Positions 25,349 through 38,480 of a stretch of 64,000 nucleotides of DNA are shown here, piece by piece. The position numbers and the translations under genes were made by a program. Position 1 is the stretch's first letter, and each line of letters starts with the position of its first letter. The notes under the pieces were generated by a model. The model was given only the letters and a program-made list of their open reading frames with translations. It was not told the DNA's origin and did not search any database. The stretch comes from Paramecium tetraurelia (Eukaryota), in the NCBI GenBank assembly GCA_000165425.1, contig CT868050.1, forward strand, positions 62,001 to 126,000, written 5' to 3'.

Positions 25349-28300
25349 TCAATTAAAATTCTATACATCCATTGATGGTTCTTGGAAGGTTTTGATTGAA
25401 ATAAAATGGCCTTCAGTTTTTCTATCAATAGATGGAATTTCAACAATGCAATGAGAAAAATACTGAAATTCTTCTGGATAGCATAATTCCAATGTTTTTT
25501 TTGTAGATTCTGAGACTTACACCTTTCCTCTTTCCCCCTTCGATTCCATTTTATTAGCTATCAACACGTCTGGCCCATAGATATCATATCTCACAATATC
25601 AGTTCCAAGAACTCCTCCGATGATTTTCCCAGTGTGTATACCTATCCTCATATCCAGATCTGAATTATTGATTTTGTCTCTGACCTTGCTGATGATGTTG
25701 ATCATTTCGAATCCCATTTCCACAGTGTTTTTAGCCTCCAAGGCTGGATTTCTGTCTTTGGCATCCACCATTCCCATGACCACATAACAGTCCCCAATGG
25801 TATATAACTTATACACATTCTTCTCCTGACAACACTTATCAAATTCAGTGAATAGATTCCGCAACATAAATACGACTTATTCAGGAGCCACTTTGCTTGA
25901 ATACTCTGTAAACCCAGCGATATCAGCAAACAGAAGAGTGACATCCTCATGTTGATCCTTCAAGACTGCTCTGGATTGTTGTAATTATAAAAATTGATCA
26001 AGCATGTGAGTTGGCAATTGATGTTTTACTAACTGATCTAATTGTTCATGCTTGTATTTGAGTTTGCATTTTTAGTTGTAAGCCTCAACATTCTTCAAGA
26101 ATTTATAGATTTGGTTTGATACAAATATTACTTGGAGTAGACTGGCGTAGTAAATTAGGGAATTATCCCAATTATTAGACACGACGGCTATGATATTCAT
26201 GCAAATCATGACAATGCTCTCAACAACCTTGTATTTCATTTTGATTATGGGGTTCAATTGAGTCAAGAAGGAGAGAAAGATCCCAATGGCAATACAGACT
26301 TCTCCTATTATCCCTTCTTTGACACTGAAGATGTGCATGATCCACCAGATTAAAATGAAGATGTAGAACCCTATAAAGTATTTCTGTTTGAAAAAGTGAT
26401 TGCAATATTGCTCATTGAACAATAAACAGATGAATATCAATTTAACAAAGACAATCATGTATCCCTACACAATATTAATGTACCAAACTGTAATCTCTCT
26501 GAAAATGTTGTCAATCAAAATAGTGGATGTATTTTAAATGAGGATTAGTATGCCCATTCCAAGTTCCAAGAGAATCACCAGTATTTTATTTTACTTCCTC
26601 AATTGCTGGTAAAACTCTTGGATGACCTCTTCATCGACTTCGGAATGAAAGTCAAGGTACAATCTCTTTTTGTCCAAAATCAACACATCCATCTCTTTGA
26701 ACTCGTCCTCAGCCTAATGAATCTGTTTTAACTTGTCCTTGTCTACTTCAACCAAAGGGAATTCCAGGGAATCTTCAAACATGAGATTCTCCCGAGCTAA
26801 TTTGATTTCGAGTGCTTCGATTAGGTTCTACCCTGTGATAGTGAGTGGTTGTTGCTCCTTTGTCGGAGGTTGCAATTGATCACTCTCGCCTCTAGAATGA
26901 TGCTGGGACACATTGTTATTGTTATTGCTATTATTCAAGGTAAGATTTTGATTGTCTAAGTTGATACTCGATTTATGCAGCAATTGGGGTGTCACTATCT
27001 TAAGGCTTGATTACACGATGGTGGGTTTGCGAGAGTTCTTGAATTCAAATATGGATTTTCGATGCTTGCCTGGATAATCATCTCTATTTAGGAATATCTG
27101 CATGTCATCTTTGAATTTCCTCAGCTTCTTCCTTGAAATCTTCTCCTTTATCACTTCCTACACCAAATAGGTGGCCAATTGACCCTTTCCTTTCGCCTCC
27201 ACTATATCCAAAGTAAAGGTGAAGTCAGGACAATTGGAGACCTGCTTGAATGCCTCCTCAGATATCTTGATTTGATTGTCCTATGCAGTGGAACAAACCC
27301 GACTGGTGGTATTGACAGTATCTCCAATCAAAGAAAACTAGGGTTTATGATACCCAATAACACCAGCAATCACATTGCCATAATGCACTCCAATCTTCAC
27401 GACAATGTTTTCAGTCTAACCAAAACTCTGGGACAAAGCAAACTTCTGCATCTCAAAGGCCACTTGGAGAGCTCTAAGAACTGGGTTAATGTTATTTTAA
27501 GATATTAGATTCTTCAACCCAGAAGCTGCCATGTATGTCTTGCCAACAGTTTCTATCTTCTGCAGGTTGTATTGATTGCACAAAGAATCATATTGTCTGA
27601 ATAGGATATCCAGCAAATGAACCACATTCTATTGTTGCACCTTGATTATTGTGTCAAATTGACAAATATCGCAAAATAGAATTGCTACCTCCCCTTGATT
27701 CTCCTAAATGTCAAACTCTCCTTTCTGATTGATCATGTTCCTGATGAACTTTGGCATCAGAATCGAGAGTGTGTCACTTATCGAATTGATTTTCTAATTC
27801 AATTGCAAATTCTGAATGAACTCCTGTCTCAGATTCCTTTGCACTCTCAAATGCATCCCGCTACTCAAGGCTGTCTACATAAATGCTATGAGATAATAAT
27901 TGAGCATGATGTATGTGTTTATGTTCTAATTGATGGACGTATTGTTGGCACTAAATCTGATGATGAAACTGATGTTGACTATGATGCAATAGAAGATTAT
28001 GGTCAAGGGCCTATCATCAATTAATGGTTGCAACATGAACAACTGCATAATGAGCATGTCACTCAAGGAGTTGTCATTCTGTTAGAAAAAATAGATATCA
28101 TACACGATCTTGTACAACAGACGAGAGAGAATCAAGATTTTTGACAATCTGAAATGGTACTTCTTAAACACTGATGTGTAGATGAACAGAGCCATCAATA
28201 ATTAAGTGCCGTTGTATCCATATGAAAAATCCAGTAGCCAAGTATAATTGCGGTCCTTGTTGACAAACCAAATTTGCAACAAGATTGCCCCCTCCACCAA

Positions 28301-31300
28301 CATCCAGCTCAATGGATAATAGAATCTGTAATATTCTAAAATTGATGTCAACTCATTCAATTGATATTTGGTTTCTAATTGAATATTCTTGAACTATTGA
28401 GTTAACTTATTGATTTTTATGCTCTTTTCACTCAAGGCCATTCCAGACAACATCGATCTTATCGAAGAATCCATTTCATCTTCATTCTTAAACAATTTCA
28501 AAGCATACTTCTAGATATTCAACAGAAGCGAGCTATTGTTCTTCTTTTTAGAATAGTATATCTCTATTGGCTTCAATAGACCGCAAATCTAAATCTTGTC
28601 CTTAACTGAAAACATCAACTTGTCTATCGTATAAGGAATGAATTAAAAAAGCAATTGCTAAAGTGTGTAAATTATTAGAATTATGAGTAAGATGTAGAAT
28701 ACACTTTGAATGTTGATTAGGTGTTCCAGAATTTGATAGTAAGTTTCATTGAATATTTGAATATAACTGACCAAGGTCAACAAATAGAGTACGATTAATA
28801 ATATCCACCAATAGACTATGCTGTCATAGATCCATTTACTTTGCTCAACCACAATGATTATTGAATACATTTACAAAGACTGAATAGAATTATCAAAATC
28901 TCTGCCATCATCTGTATAAAATTCTATGTACTTTTAAATTATTATTATAATGAAGGATTCAAATATGGAGAGCAATAATACTTTGTAAATGAACAACCAA
29001 TATTTGTGCTTTCTGAATTGAATCCAATTCTGATTATAAAAGTAAACTAATTGTTATTTAAAATCAGTGATGTTTCTATTATTCAGGATTGACTACTTGT
29101 ATAGCAACAACGAAGGCAATATAAACATGATAGATTAGTAATATGAGAGAGGAGGAACTTCATTATACACTTCCATGATACGCTGGAAAAATAGGCAAAA
29201 CATTATCAAATAGCATCTATAAAATGCATATATCATTAAATTCTCGAGAAATTCTGCATGCTTTCTACTGTCATAAAATAATAATGTTATTAGATTATTC
29301 ATATCCTTAATAATGAGATCTGCTGTGCTCATATGTCTCACTTTAGAATAGATAAATTTATCTAATTATCTATTAGAGTAGAGTTATTGCAAATGCTTGT
29401 ATTTTGATAATTTGTTGGAAACCTGTGCATTATTATTTATGTTACTCTCCTTTTTTACTCTCTCAATTTACTCCATTTTTTCTATTTTTATTTTTTAACT
29501 CGCTCTCTCATTCTGAATTTATATTGCGAAATCTGAATTTTCCATGATAATCGAATCGTTAGCCTCGTCTCCTACAACCAATATCCTTCTCCTTTACAAT
29601 TGCTTTTTCTGTAGAATCTTAATCAAAACACCTTTCTAATACTTATTCATTGAATAACCAATAAGGTGAGTACAGAATGAGACTAGAAATGCCAAATGAT
29701 GATACAAGTTTTCATCATTTTCAATAGTCTCCAGAGCCTTCCCTTCAATCATAATACAAAACGGTTTGGTTTTGGATAAGTTATTATTCATGCCTATTAA
29801 AACACCTCTTGTGCTGGCTCTTCTAGCCACATTTATTGATTTTCTCTTGTTATTAGGACTACTGAGTAATTTTTCATTATTCTTTTTATCATTTTGCTCT
29901 TCCCTTAACTGTTTAATCAGATTATTATAGCACCAAAGAATATGTGACTTAATCTGCTAAGAGATCATGTCGTTTGATTCTATTTTTAAGATTTGAATAT
30001 TTTCTTTCAAAATGCTTGATTTATAGGCTATGGGCAATACTTTATTTTTTGTATCACCGCTGGCAATCCATATAGATATATCTGCATTCTGATAATAGTT
30101 GATGATATCCTTCAATTATTTCTTCAATTTTTCTTACACTCCAACAATTAACACAACTTCCAATTGATTTTACTTATTTTTAATCTCTTCTAATGGATTC
30201 TTTACAAATAAATTATAACTGTTTTAGTCCATGTTGTATTTATAATAGATTATTGGCCTACAACCTCTCTGTATAATTTTGTTGATTATTCCATTCCAAA
30301 CATCCTTGTCCTCCTTGTCCATGTTTATCCCCTCGATCAATTCCAAACCATCCTCTCTGATGTATTAAATGTATTCAAATTTATCATTGAATTGAAACGC
30401 TAACAATTTGTTATAATCAGTAATCTAAGTGATCACAGACAATTTGTTATTATCTAATTAAGTGACTGTCACTGGAATTTCTACTAGATTCTCTTTAATC
30501 TCAATAATGTACTTGTTTTTCCCAAAGGTGGATCCAATAAATTTATAATCATAATTCTAAGCTAAATTAATTTGTAGTTCATCTATCTGATTGTTAAATT
30601 CTTATTATAATGAATCCTGCTTCTTCAGATATTTGGTCTAAGTGTTATGGCAAATGATGAGGATAAACAATGATTCCTCAATGACCCCTCTATATTCTGG
30701 TGTCAATGATTTACTAAAGATTTCCTTCTCATTACTAATAAAGTCATCTTGTCTATCATATTGAATGTTGAATTCATCGGTCTTGTAGAATCGATCAGCC
30801 GATAACTTCTTTTTTGGTTCCATTTTCTCTAATATTGGTCTTCTCTCGCTGAACTTACGTCTGGCTGTCTCCTTGATTGGAGATTAAGACTTGATCATCC
30901 TTTATTCATTGAGCTGATTGATCATGCCTCCTAAATCAGTGCCGGATTCCCAAGAATCTATTTGAAACAGTTTTGGAGGTTTGGTTCTATGGATCTCTTT
31001 CAATTTGGAATGATCGTCTGCAATCTCTTCAGCATTGAAGTTGGCTTCTTCCTATTAACTTGTCTCACGTATATCTTACTCAAAATTGGGTTCAATGTTC
31101 ACCAAGTTGTCCTCCAATCTCCAAGGCGTGACTGAGGCTCTTTTAGCAGGACTCATGGGTCGATGATGGGGTGACACCTTGATGGATGAGATCTAATTAG
31201 GAGACAAGGATTAATCCTGAATGAAGAGCATCTCCTAATTATCTAACACCTCCTTCTGATACTTCTTCCATTCGGTTGTATTCTTAAATGTTTTGTTATG

Positions 31301-32790
31301 AATTTCGTAGAATGTCTCATTTATCAAAATTAATTTAATTTTAAATTGCGGTATGGTCATCGTACAAGTCTTGTCAAAAATGACAGAATCCACCAAAGAC
31401 AAATCAGCTATAGGAGTTGCATTCAATTTGCTGTACACTGTATTTAAGTCCATCTTGTGATTCACGAATATATTGAATTCCTACTGACTCTCACTATTCT
31501 GTCCTCCCTTCTGCTTATTGAATTTGAACAGTTTCTAACTTGAACTCAGAATTTACAGTAGATCCAACAATCCTATCAAATAATAAGGCAACATATTCAA
31601 GTAAATCAGAAAGTGATCAGCTAAATATTGTATCTTCCACCCTTAATCAACCAATCTGATTGATTCAATCATCCAAGACACAAACGATAACAAAATTATG
31701 AGGATTAATGTGAATTTGTAGAAGGTGTCAATCTTGTTTTCAAAGAAAGACTTAGTTGACTTCTCAAACTTGCTCAAATGATAATATTTACAATTCAAAC
31801 CACAACTCAACACAAGTCCATACACATAATCACAAGTCTGCAATTGTTGTCCTCTATACAGGATATTCTCCCTCTTGATATCAACAGCCTGAGGGTCATT
31901 CTTCAATCGAATAAACCCTGTGTAGAAGCACTCAGATTTGTAATCCTTGTCGAAGGTCACCTTCCCACTCAGCAATAATCGATATTCAAAGCCATTTCCC
32001 TTGAATTAATGCATCTTGGGCAAGGATGTTAATTCGTTAGCACTCTTTATTCCCTCCTCGGTCTCCCCATTCACACACGTGTTATTCACGTAACATCTCT
32101 CCTGGTTTGACTCCAATATCAGACAATCCGAGGGACAAATCTCATTCCTTTGTAATATTATGATGTCTCCAATCTCCAAGTCTTCCCATCTTATTGTCTC
32201 TATGATGCTCACTTTTGTGCTCTCGTTCAATTCGGTCAAAGGCTGGGGGGACGGTGGTATCATCCCCTTGTCTGCTCTTTGAGTTGATATCATTTGGGTC
32301 TTATTTAATTTTTGCTCATATTCCATTAAACCGATTTTCTTGTTATGCAATATTTTCTTCAGTTTCTTAAACACAATCACCCGTCTTTTGTTTATTAAAT
32401 TGTCCTCGCCATTCACCAATTTCATATAATAAAATGTTTTTATCAAATACATCACTATACCAAATAGAAATGGAATGACAAATCCGTAGATAACTTGTGA
32501 ATTGTCTTGAGTTATGCTCAGACATATAATGTTAATCATCAGAAAAATGTAATTGAACGGCCTCCTCAAATATCTCCATATAATACTCCCCAATGATTAT
32601 ATAGTGGAAATTTTATTTTTTAATTCTGAAGAAGAGAAGCCCTTTAAATTTACTGTGTCTCCATTTTCAAATTCTATCTTGTTTATTAAAATGTACGATA
32701 TACTTGCTTAGAATATGAATCATCATTCTTTTATTTTGTTTTTGTGTATTTTCTATGCAGGTATTCATAAATTAACTATGATAATTTCAT
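25349..32790 (-). CDS. Alveolate-type guanylyl cyclase with N-terminal P4-ATPase-like domain (~2,470 aa)
   Basis: ATG at 32790 and a 26-nt intron (32678-32703); the remaining length is a multiple of 3. ATPase half: WEDLEIGDII, CPSDCLIL, VNGET, FDKTCTMT, IASGDT, VGDEAND. Cyclase 1: QKIETVGKTYMAASG...KPQFSLIGDTVNTTSR. Cyclase 2: LFADIAGFT...KLYTIGDCY...RYDIYGPDVLIANKMES. Confidence 0.96.
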
Positions 32791-34252
32791 AATTTTAATA
32801 TACAATATGATACAACAATTAGCGCCTGTAACCTTTTATTAAAAATATGATCACCACGTCTTTCCCTCCTCAAAACCCTTCTCAAGTCCCAATTCCCTAT
32901 TTTTCATCCTACCCATTAACGGAATTTGTGTTTTTTTTGTATTTAAACCCATGTAGACCCATCCATCGGTATAACATAGAAAGAAGAGAGATCAAAGTTT
33001 TTGAATTTAGATGTAATTATCTAAACTTAACATATGATCTTATGGGATAGCAATTCAAATTTTATATCATATAAAAATATTTTAAAAGCTTGCTTATATA
33101 TTTAAGTGTTGGAGGAATAAAGGATAAAAATTAGCAATTCACATTGAGCCTTATAAGTTCTAATAATATTTCCATCAAATTTCTTGTATTTACATTTTAT
33201 TTCGAAAGATTAAAATAGTATTCTTCTTTCATTCAAAGCAATTTTATTGAGAAATTAAGACTATTTGATATCTTATGATGGCTAGGAAGGATTAATAAAG
33301 CAATTTCTTATCAATGAAGTAAAAATTTTGTAAAAAATTGAATTAAATTATTATGCAGTTTTATTTTTTGCTCAAATTATTTAATCTAAATAAAAATAGT
33401 TAAGATTGATTCTAAGATTCACAATTTGTAAAATTAAGGGCTTCAAACCATCTAATAATCAGTGTGTATTTTTTATTTAAAGGAAAGATATAAAAATAAC
33501 CTGAAATTGTTAATATTAAAAAATTATTCATTTCAATCTAATTGAATTTAATTGAAATCTAGTTTTTTTTTTTTAGTTCTCTTATTTTTAACCTAGTAAA
33601 TTAAAGATGAATGGTATCTAAAATAAAATAAATTCTACTCCATACTTATTATCATTTAACATACTTTATCTATATCAATTGATGAATATATATATATATT
33701 GATTCAGAAATCTATGGAAACAGAATTAAATAGAAATAAAATAAAGTTTATATAATTATAATTCTTTTTCGATTCAAAATCATAACATTATTTTAGTTAC
33801 AATACATCTTTAAATTTATAATTAAGAGTGAAATTTTAAATTAATATTATATTATTCACTTTGATAAATAATAATTCTGCAATTTATATAGTAATTGCTA
33901 ATAGAAAATACTTATCAATAAATTGTTAATAATGTTCTATTGATAAAGACATTCAAATTATGGCTACCACACATCCCAGTTTAAGGGTAGTTAGCAAAAA
34001 ATTGATGGAAAATCAAGTATTCGCAATTTTAATTTTAATTCATATTCAATCAATCTCTAAATATTCTTATGTAATGGTAAATTGATTAGTACCATTTTCA
34101 ATAAATCAATCATTTGTAAGCTAAATGATAGTTTGAAGGACTGAGGATATTGTTCTTTAGGATTGGAATGTTCTAAATTTTAAATAAAGGTTTGTAGTAT
34201 ATTTATTAATCGGAGTGTGAAATAAATAAAAAAGTGGGAGAAATATTTTATT

Positions 34253-34259
34253 AAAAAAA
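34253..34259 (-). terminator. RNA polymerase III terminator (T7 run)
   Basis: A7 on the + strand, beginning 2 nt past the tRNA 3' end on the minus strand. Confidence 0.75.
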
Positions 34260-34260
34260 T

Positions 34261-34334
34261 TGGTCGGGGCGGGAATCGAACCCGCGACCGTTGGCTCATA
34301 AGACCAACGCTCTAACCAACTGAGCTACTCGACC
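34261..34334 (-). tRNA. tRNA-Ile(UAU), intronless
   Basis: Reverse complement GGTCGAGTAGCTCAGTTGGTTAGAGCGTTGGTCTTATGAGCCAACGGTCGCGGGTTCGATTCCCGCCCCGACCA forms a cloverleaf with A/B boxes and anticodon loop CT-TAT-GA. Confidence 0.96.
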
Positions 34335-35085
34335 ATGTACAATGAAAATGATGCACTTTTTCATAAATAATCAAGTCATTTGATAAACATTTACATTCAA
34401 CTCAGAAACATGATAATTAATGTAGTTAAAGTCTATATTTAACCATAATAATTAATATTATTTTGTATTCAGGTAAAAAATCAAAACTATTCATCATAAA
34501 TCTGTTACTAGATTAAGGTTATCCTCTATATATTTAATAAATTCACTTGAATTATTCCTAAAAAGAGTTAAACAGATTATTTGAAAGACTAAATCTTTTT
34601 TTTAAGTCTACTTCAATTATAAATCTTTTAAATACTTTTCATTTCAATCTTAATTTATATTTCTAATTATTAAAAAGATTGATTATGAATTTCTCTATCT
34701 GAATTTATCTTAACTTATTTTCAAGAATATGTTATATATAAATTATTTTAAGATTCAGATAAGAAATTAATAATTCTTATATATTTTTTTTACTTGATAA
34801 TTTTGTTTTTAGACTATTTTTATAATTGTTTAAACATCATTTTTAATTATACTAACCTAATCTTACTCATTCTTATTTAAATTTATTATTTTATACTTTT
34901 ATAATCAATATTGCAATGATATTAAAATTTAATGCTAGATTTGTAAACGTATTAGTTATTATTATAAGGTTAATCATACATCAACTTACTGTTAGACCTT
35001 AATAATGTATTATGAAGTGTAAGGACAAGTATTAAATAATAAATTACAGTTTATGATAATATTAATAAATTTTATTTATAATAAT

Positions 35086-35972
35086 TCAATCAATTACAAA
35101 TTTAGCATGTCTCTTAATATTCCCAACACTATAATCTAATTAAGAGTTGTCTGCCAGATTCGATTCAGTGAATGAAATATCTTCAACTTCTGAATTCGAT
35201 TGTTTACTTGTTCTTTTGCTATTTTTACTGCTGAAGACATTAAGATTCTTATAAATCTTTTCAACATCTATTCCTCTAGATTTAACTGCCTTCACCAACT
35301 GTATTAGTTTACGCTCCTTCTCTGATAGTGTAAGCATTTTTTATTGCATTTCCTTGATTTAGTCTTTTAATTTATTGCGATCATGGAGGTTATCTTTATT
35401 GCCTTGATTCTTCTTCATTTGATTCAATTCATCTTAATATTGCAAGACTCTGTGTTGTATTTCGTATTCCTTGAGCTTATTTTCTAGAATAGAAGGCAGA
35501 ATTACCGAATTTCAATTAGTTCTCTTTGGATTATTATTCTAATTGTTATAATTGTATCAATAATTGAGCCCTTTCTTAATCATATACCTGTTTTTCATTG
35601 GTTTAATTGTTGTGTATAATTTGCTTGATTGATTGTATAAGTTAGATCAAGATGAGAGACATATCCTACTCATTGATACAAGAACTCAATCCCGCAAGCA
35701 ATTTAGTCAAAATAACATTCAACTCTCTCATGCCAATGTTTTTATCGATGCTGTCGACAGTGGATTTAATCAATCTGATTATCTCCTTTTTCGAAGCCTC
35801 CGATTTAAGATAAGATTATTCAGAGAAATAGCTTTAGACAGAAAGCGCATCTTTTTTTTAAGTTGATTAGGTTGTTTATCTACTCTGTTATAATATCAAA
35901 TGATACCAATCGTTTGTCAGGAGTCAATAAACTATTATTGTTATAGTATTTAGATACCGATAATGATTTCAT
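35086..35972 (-). CDS. Hypothetical coiled-coil protein
   Basis: ATG at 35972 with two 22-nt introns gives a continuous frame (...KEMQQKMLTLSEKERKLIQLVKAVKSRGIDVEKIY...) to TGA 35086-35088. Confidence 0.7.
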
Positions 35973-36003
35973 AAAAATAATAAAAATTTATAAATAAAAC
36001 ATA

Positions 36004-36523
36004 TCAGCAATTTTAATCTAAACCTGGTTTCTTAATAATAATTGGATTAATTATACTAATTTCTAGAAATATTGCAGACAGGGCGTCAAATTCAATCCGC
36101 AATTTTCATAATATGAAGTGCAGTAGCTCTGACAAATTGGAATCGTCAGATTTGTAGTTTAGTCACAAGGAGGGAAATTCCATTTACACAAGAATTGCTT
36201 ATATGCCTTGTAACAGGTATCGTCTTTGATTAACACGCTATCTACCTCCCCGTTGATTTCCTAAACTAATCTGTCCCTGATATAGGCCACGAAATCCAAT
36301 CGAATTTCTTTGTCTCTACTTTCAATAGTATGATCTGGCCATAATTTCTAAAATCTATTCTTAAATCTACTCTCAGTTCAGGAACACAAATATAATCGTC
36401 AAGCTCGTAATTACAGAATTCTACTCCATCAGATATTTGGACTCTTTGTGAACAAACCCCTGATTCATAACCATTTATTTGACATCCCAAAGCGAATTTC
36501 GAAATTATAAATAAAATAAACAT
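36004..36523 (-). CDS. Small secreted Cys-rich protein with Frizzled-CRD-like cysteine pattern
   Basis: Signal peptide MFILFIISKFALG; two introns (23 and 26 nt); ...VEFCNYELDDYICVP...TCYKAYKQFLCKWNFPPC...PICQSYCTSYYENCGLNLTPC...DQNC*. Confidence 0.75.
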
Positions 36524-37084
36524 AATTATAATCAAAAATTGGCAAGCTATTTTATAAACGTATATTGCATCTCTCTTCCTAGTATATGCTGGCTGAAATT
36601 GGACAATATAAAAACAAGGAGGCTATAATTATGCTCAGTTTTTTAGTCTCAATTAAAAATTAAATAATTTAATCGAATTTGATGTTATAAACATATTAAA
36701 TTATATAGGAAGAATTAGTAAATTTATGAGATGTTTGCTTGCTAGAGGTGTTAAGAGTTTCCAATACAATTTATCAATATTATTGTTATTATACTAATTA
36801 TAAGTAAATCTTAATATAATTTTTGAGGCGTATTTTACATTTCATAAAAGAACTTCAATAGTTTATTTACTCAGTAGAGGGAATAAAACTAAGCCAAAGA
36901 ACTTTTAGTGTAATTGAACAAGTAGCTAAGACAGATTCTGATAATATTTTGATTAAACATTCTTTATATGATCTTGATACCTTTCTTGTGAATATAAGTA
37001 TGGTTGTTAATTAAATGAAGTAGTTTGGGAATCCTTTTAGTTTTGATTTTACACTTCACATATCCAATATTATTAAGTGTATAT

Positions 37085-38472
37085 ATGATGAGTGGTCGAG
37101 AAAATAAAAATAAAATGAATTATTTATTAATATTGCTTTATATATATTAAAGTACAATATTATCATTATTTACAATCATAATCCCAATTTTATTGGCGGA
37201 GAAGGGATATACATTTGAATAATAAGGTATGTATTCATTGATCAGCTATCCATTTTATTTTAAGTTTTTGTTTGCACCAATAATTGATTTGTATCAATTT
37301 TAATTCCTGGGCAAAAGAAAGAGGTAATCATTAGAATTAATAGAGCATAGTTATATTTTACCAATAAACTTGATATTGTCGGTAATTCTTTTGTATCTGT
37401 CCAGAATGGACATTTTAACAAATTACCACATTTTATGGATTTTCGGATTTATTTTGTGTTTGTTTTTGGGAATTCAAGATATCGCAATAGACGGTCTTGC
37501 GACTGACTTATGTAAGCAGGAGGGAGAGAGTGCTGCATTACTTTAGAATATTGGATTTACAATAGGAAATTCGTTTCTTGGAAATTTCCTATTTATTGCC
37601 TTGTATTCCAATCAGATTTGCTCATTGGAGACCTTCTTCATGCTACTATCAATAGTGGGTTTGATATTGACTATTTTCTTGTATGTAAAATTGCTTGAGA
37701 AGGAGGAGCAAGAAAAGAGGGCAACCACTTTTCAAGACTTGTTGAGTGTGTTTAAATCATTTTTTAAAAATGAAAATATGATCACATATTCATTATTGAT
37801 CTTCTTTGAAAGGTAGAGTATTCAAATGAATGATTAGGACTGCATTGTCCTCCCTAGATGCAACCTTCCGATTGAAGTTGGTCTAATTCAACATCAACAA
37901 AACCTACATTTCCTTCATCGACACAATAATATTGCCATTGAAAATAGCAACGGGATTGATTTATCACCAATACTTCTACAAATTCGATTTCAAGTATTTC
38001 AATACATATAGCAATGTAGATATTACGGGAACATTCAATATTTGAGATTGATTTCTACGTTCTTTGCGATCCTGACCCTATTGTTGATTGATAAATTCGA
38101 ATTGGAGGGACCATTTAGTTACATTGCCATATTCTTTTCGAACATGTGTTGGTGGGTTCTGTTCAACATCACATACATCGTTAGAGTATTGAGTTTACAT
38201 TGAAATTTAAGGGTAACTTCTAAATGAAAATAACTACTCCTGGAGTGGAAGCCACAACTCTGACGATCCTTAATAGCATCAGTCAATTGGGAGTCAAGTT
38301 GGCATTCTCAGTAAACTTGATTATGGCCAATTACGTAAATTACTATTGGTTGTTGTGTGCTGGATGGATCATCCATTTACTCTATTGTTTTAGATACTCA
38401 GAAACCTACAGAAATTTGTACATGTAGCCCATTCAAAAGTGGTATTTAAATAAATAAATAAAATAAATTTGA
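37085..38472 (+). CDS. MFS transporter, SLC33A1/AT-1 (AmpG-related) family, copy 1
   Basis: SLISYPFYFKFLFAPIIDLY...LGKRKSYILP, GIQDIAIDG, PGVEATTLTILNSISQLG. Four introns. Start is 37085, 37088 or 37115. Confidence 0.88.
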
Positions 38473-38480
38473 TTTTATAT

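Noticed and set aside
27179..28024. Two 109-aa plus-strand ORFs
   Set aside because: Antisense to the guanylyl cyclase coding region, with no motifs of their own.
33686..33699. Short (AT)n microsatellite
   Set aside because: Expected by chance at this AT content.
25349..36523. Functional cluster of the guanylyl cyclase and the CRD-like secreted protein
   Set aside because: Proximity alone is not evidence in a eukaryotic genome without operons, and a tRNA and another gene lie between them.
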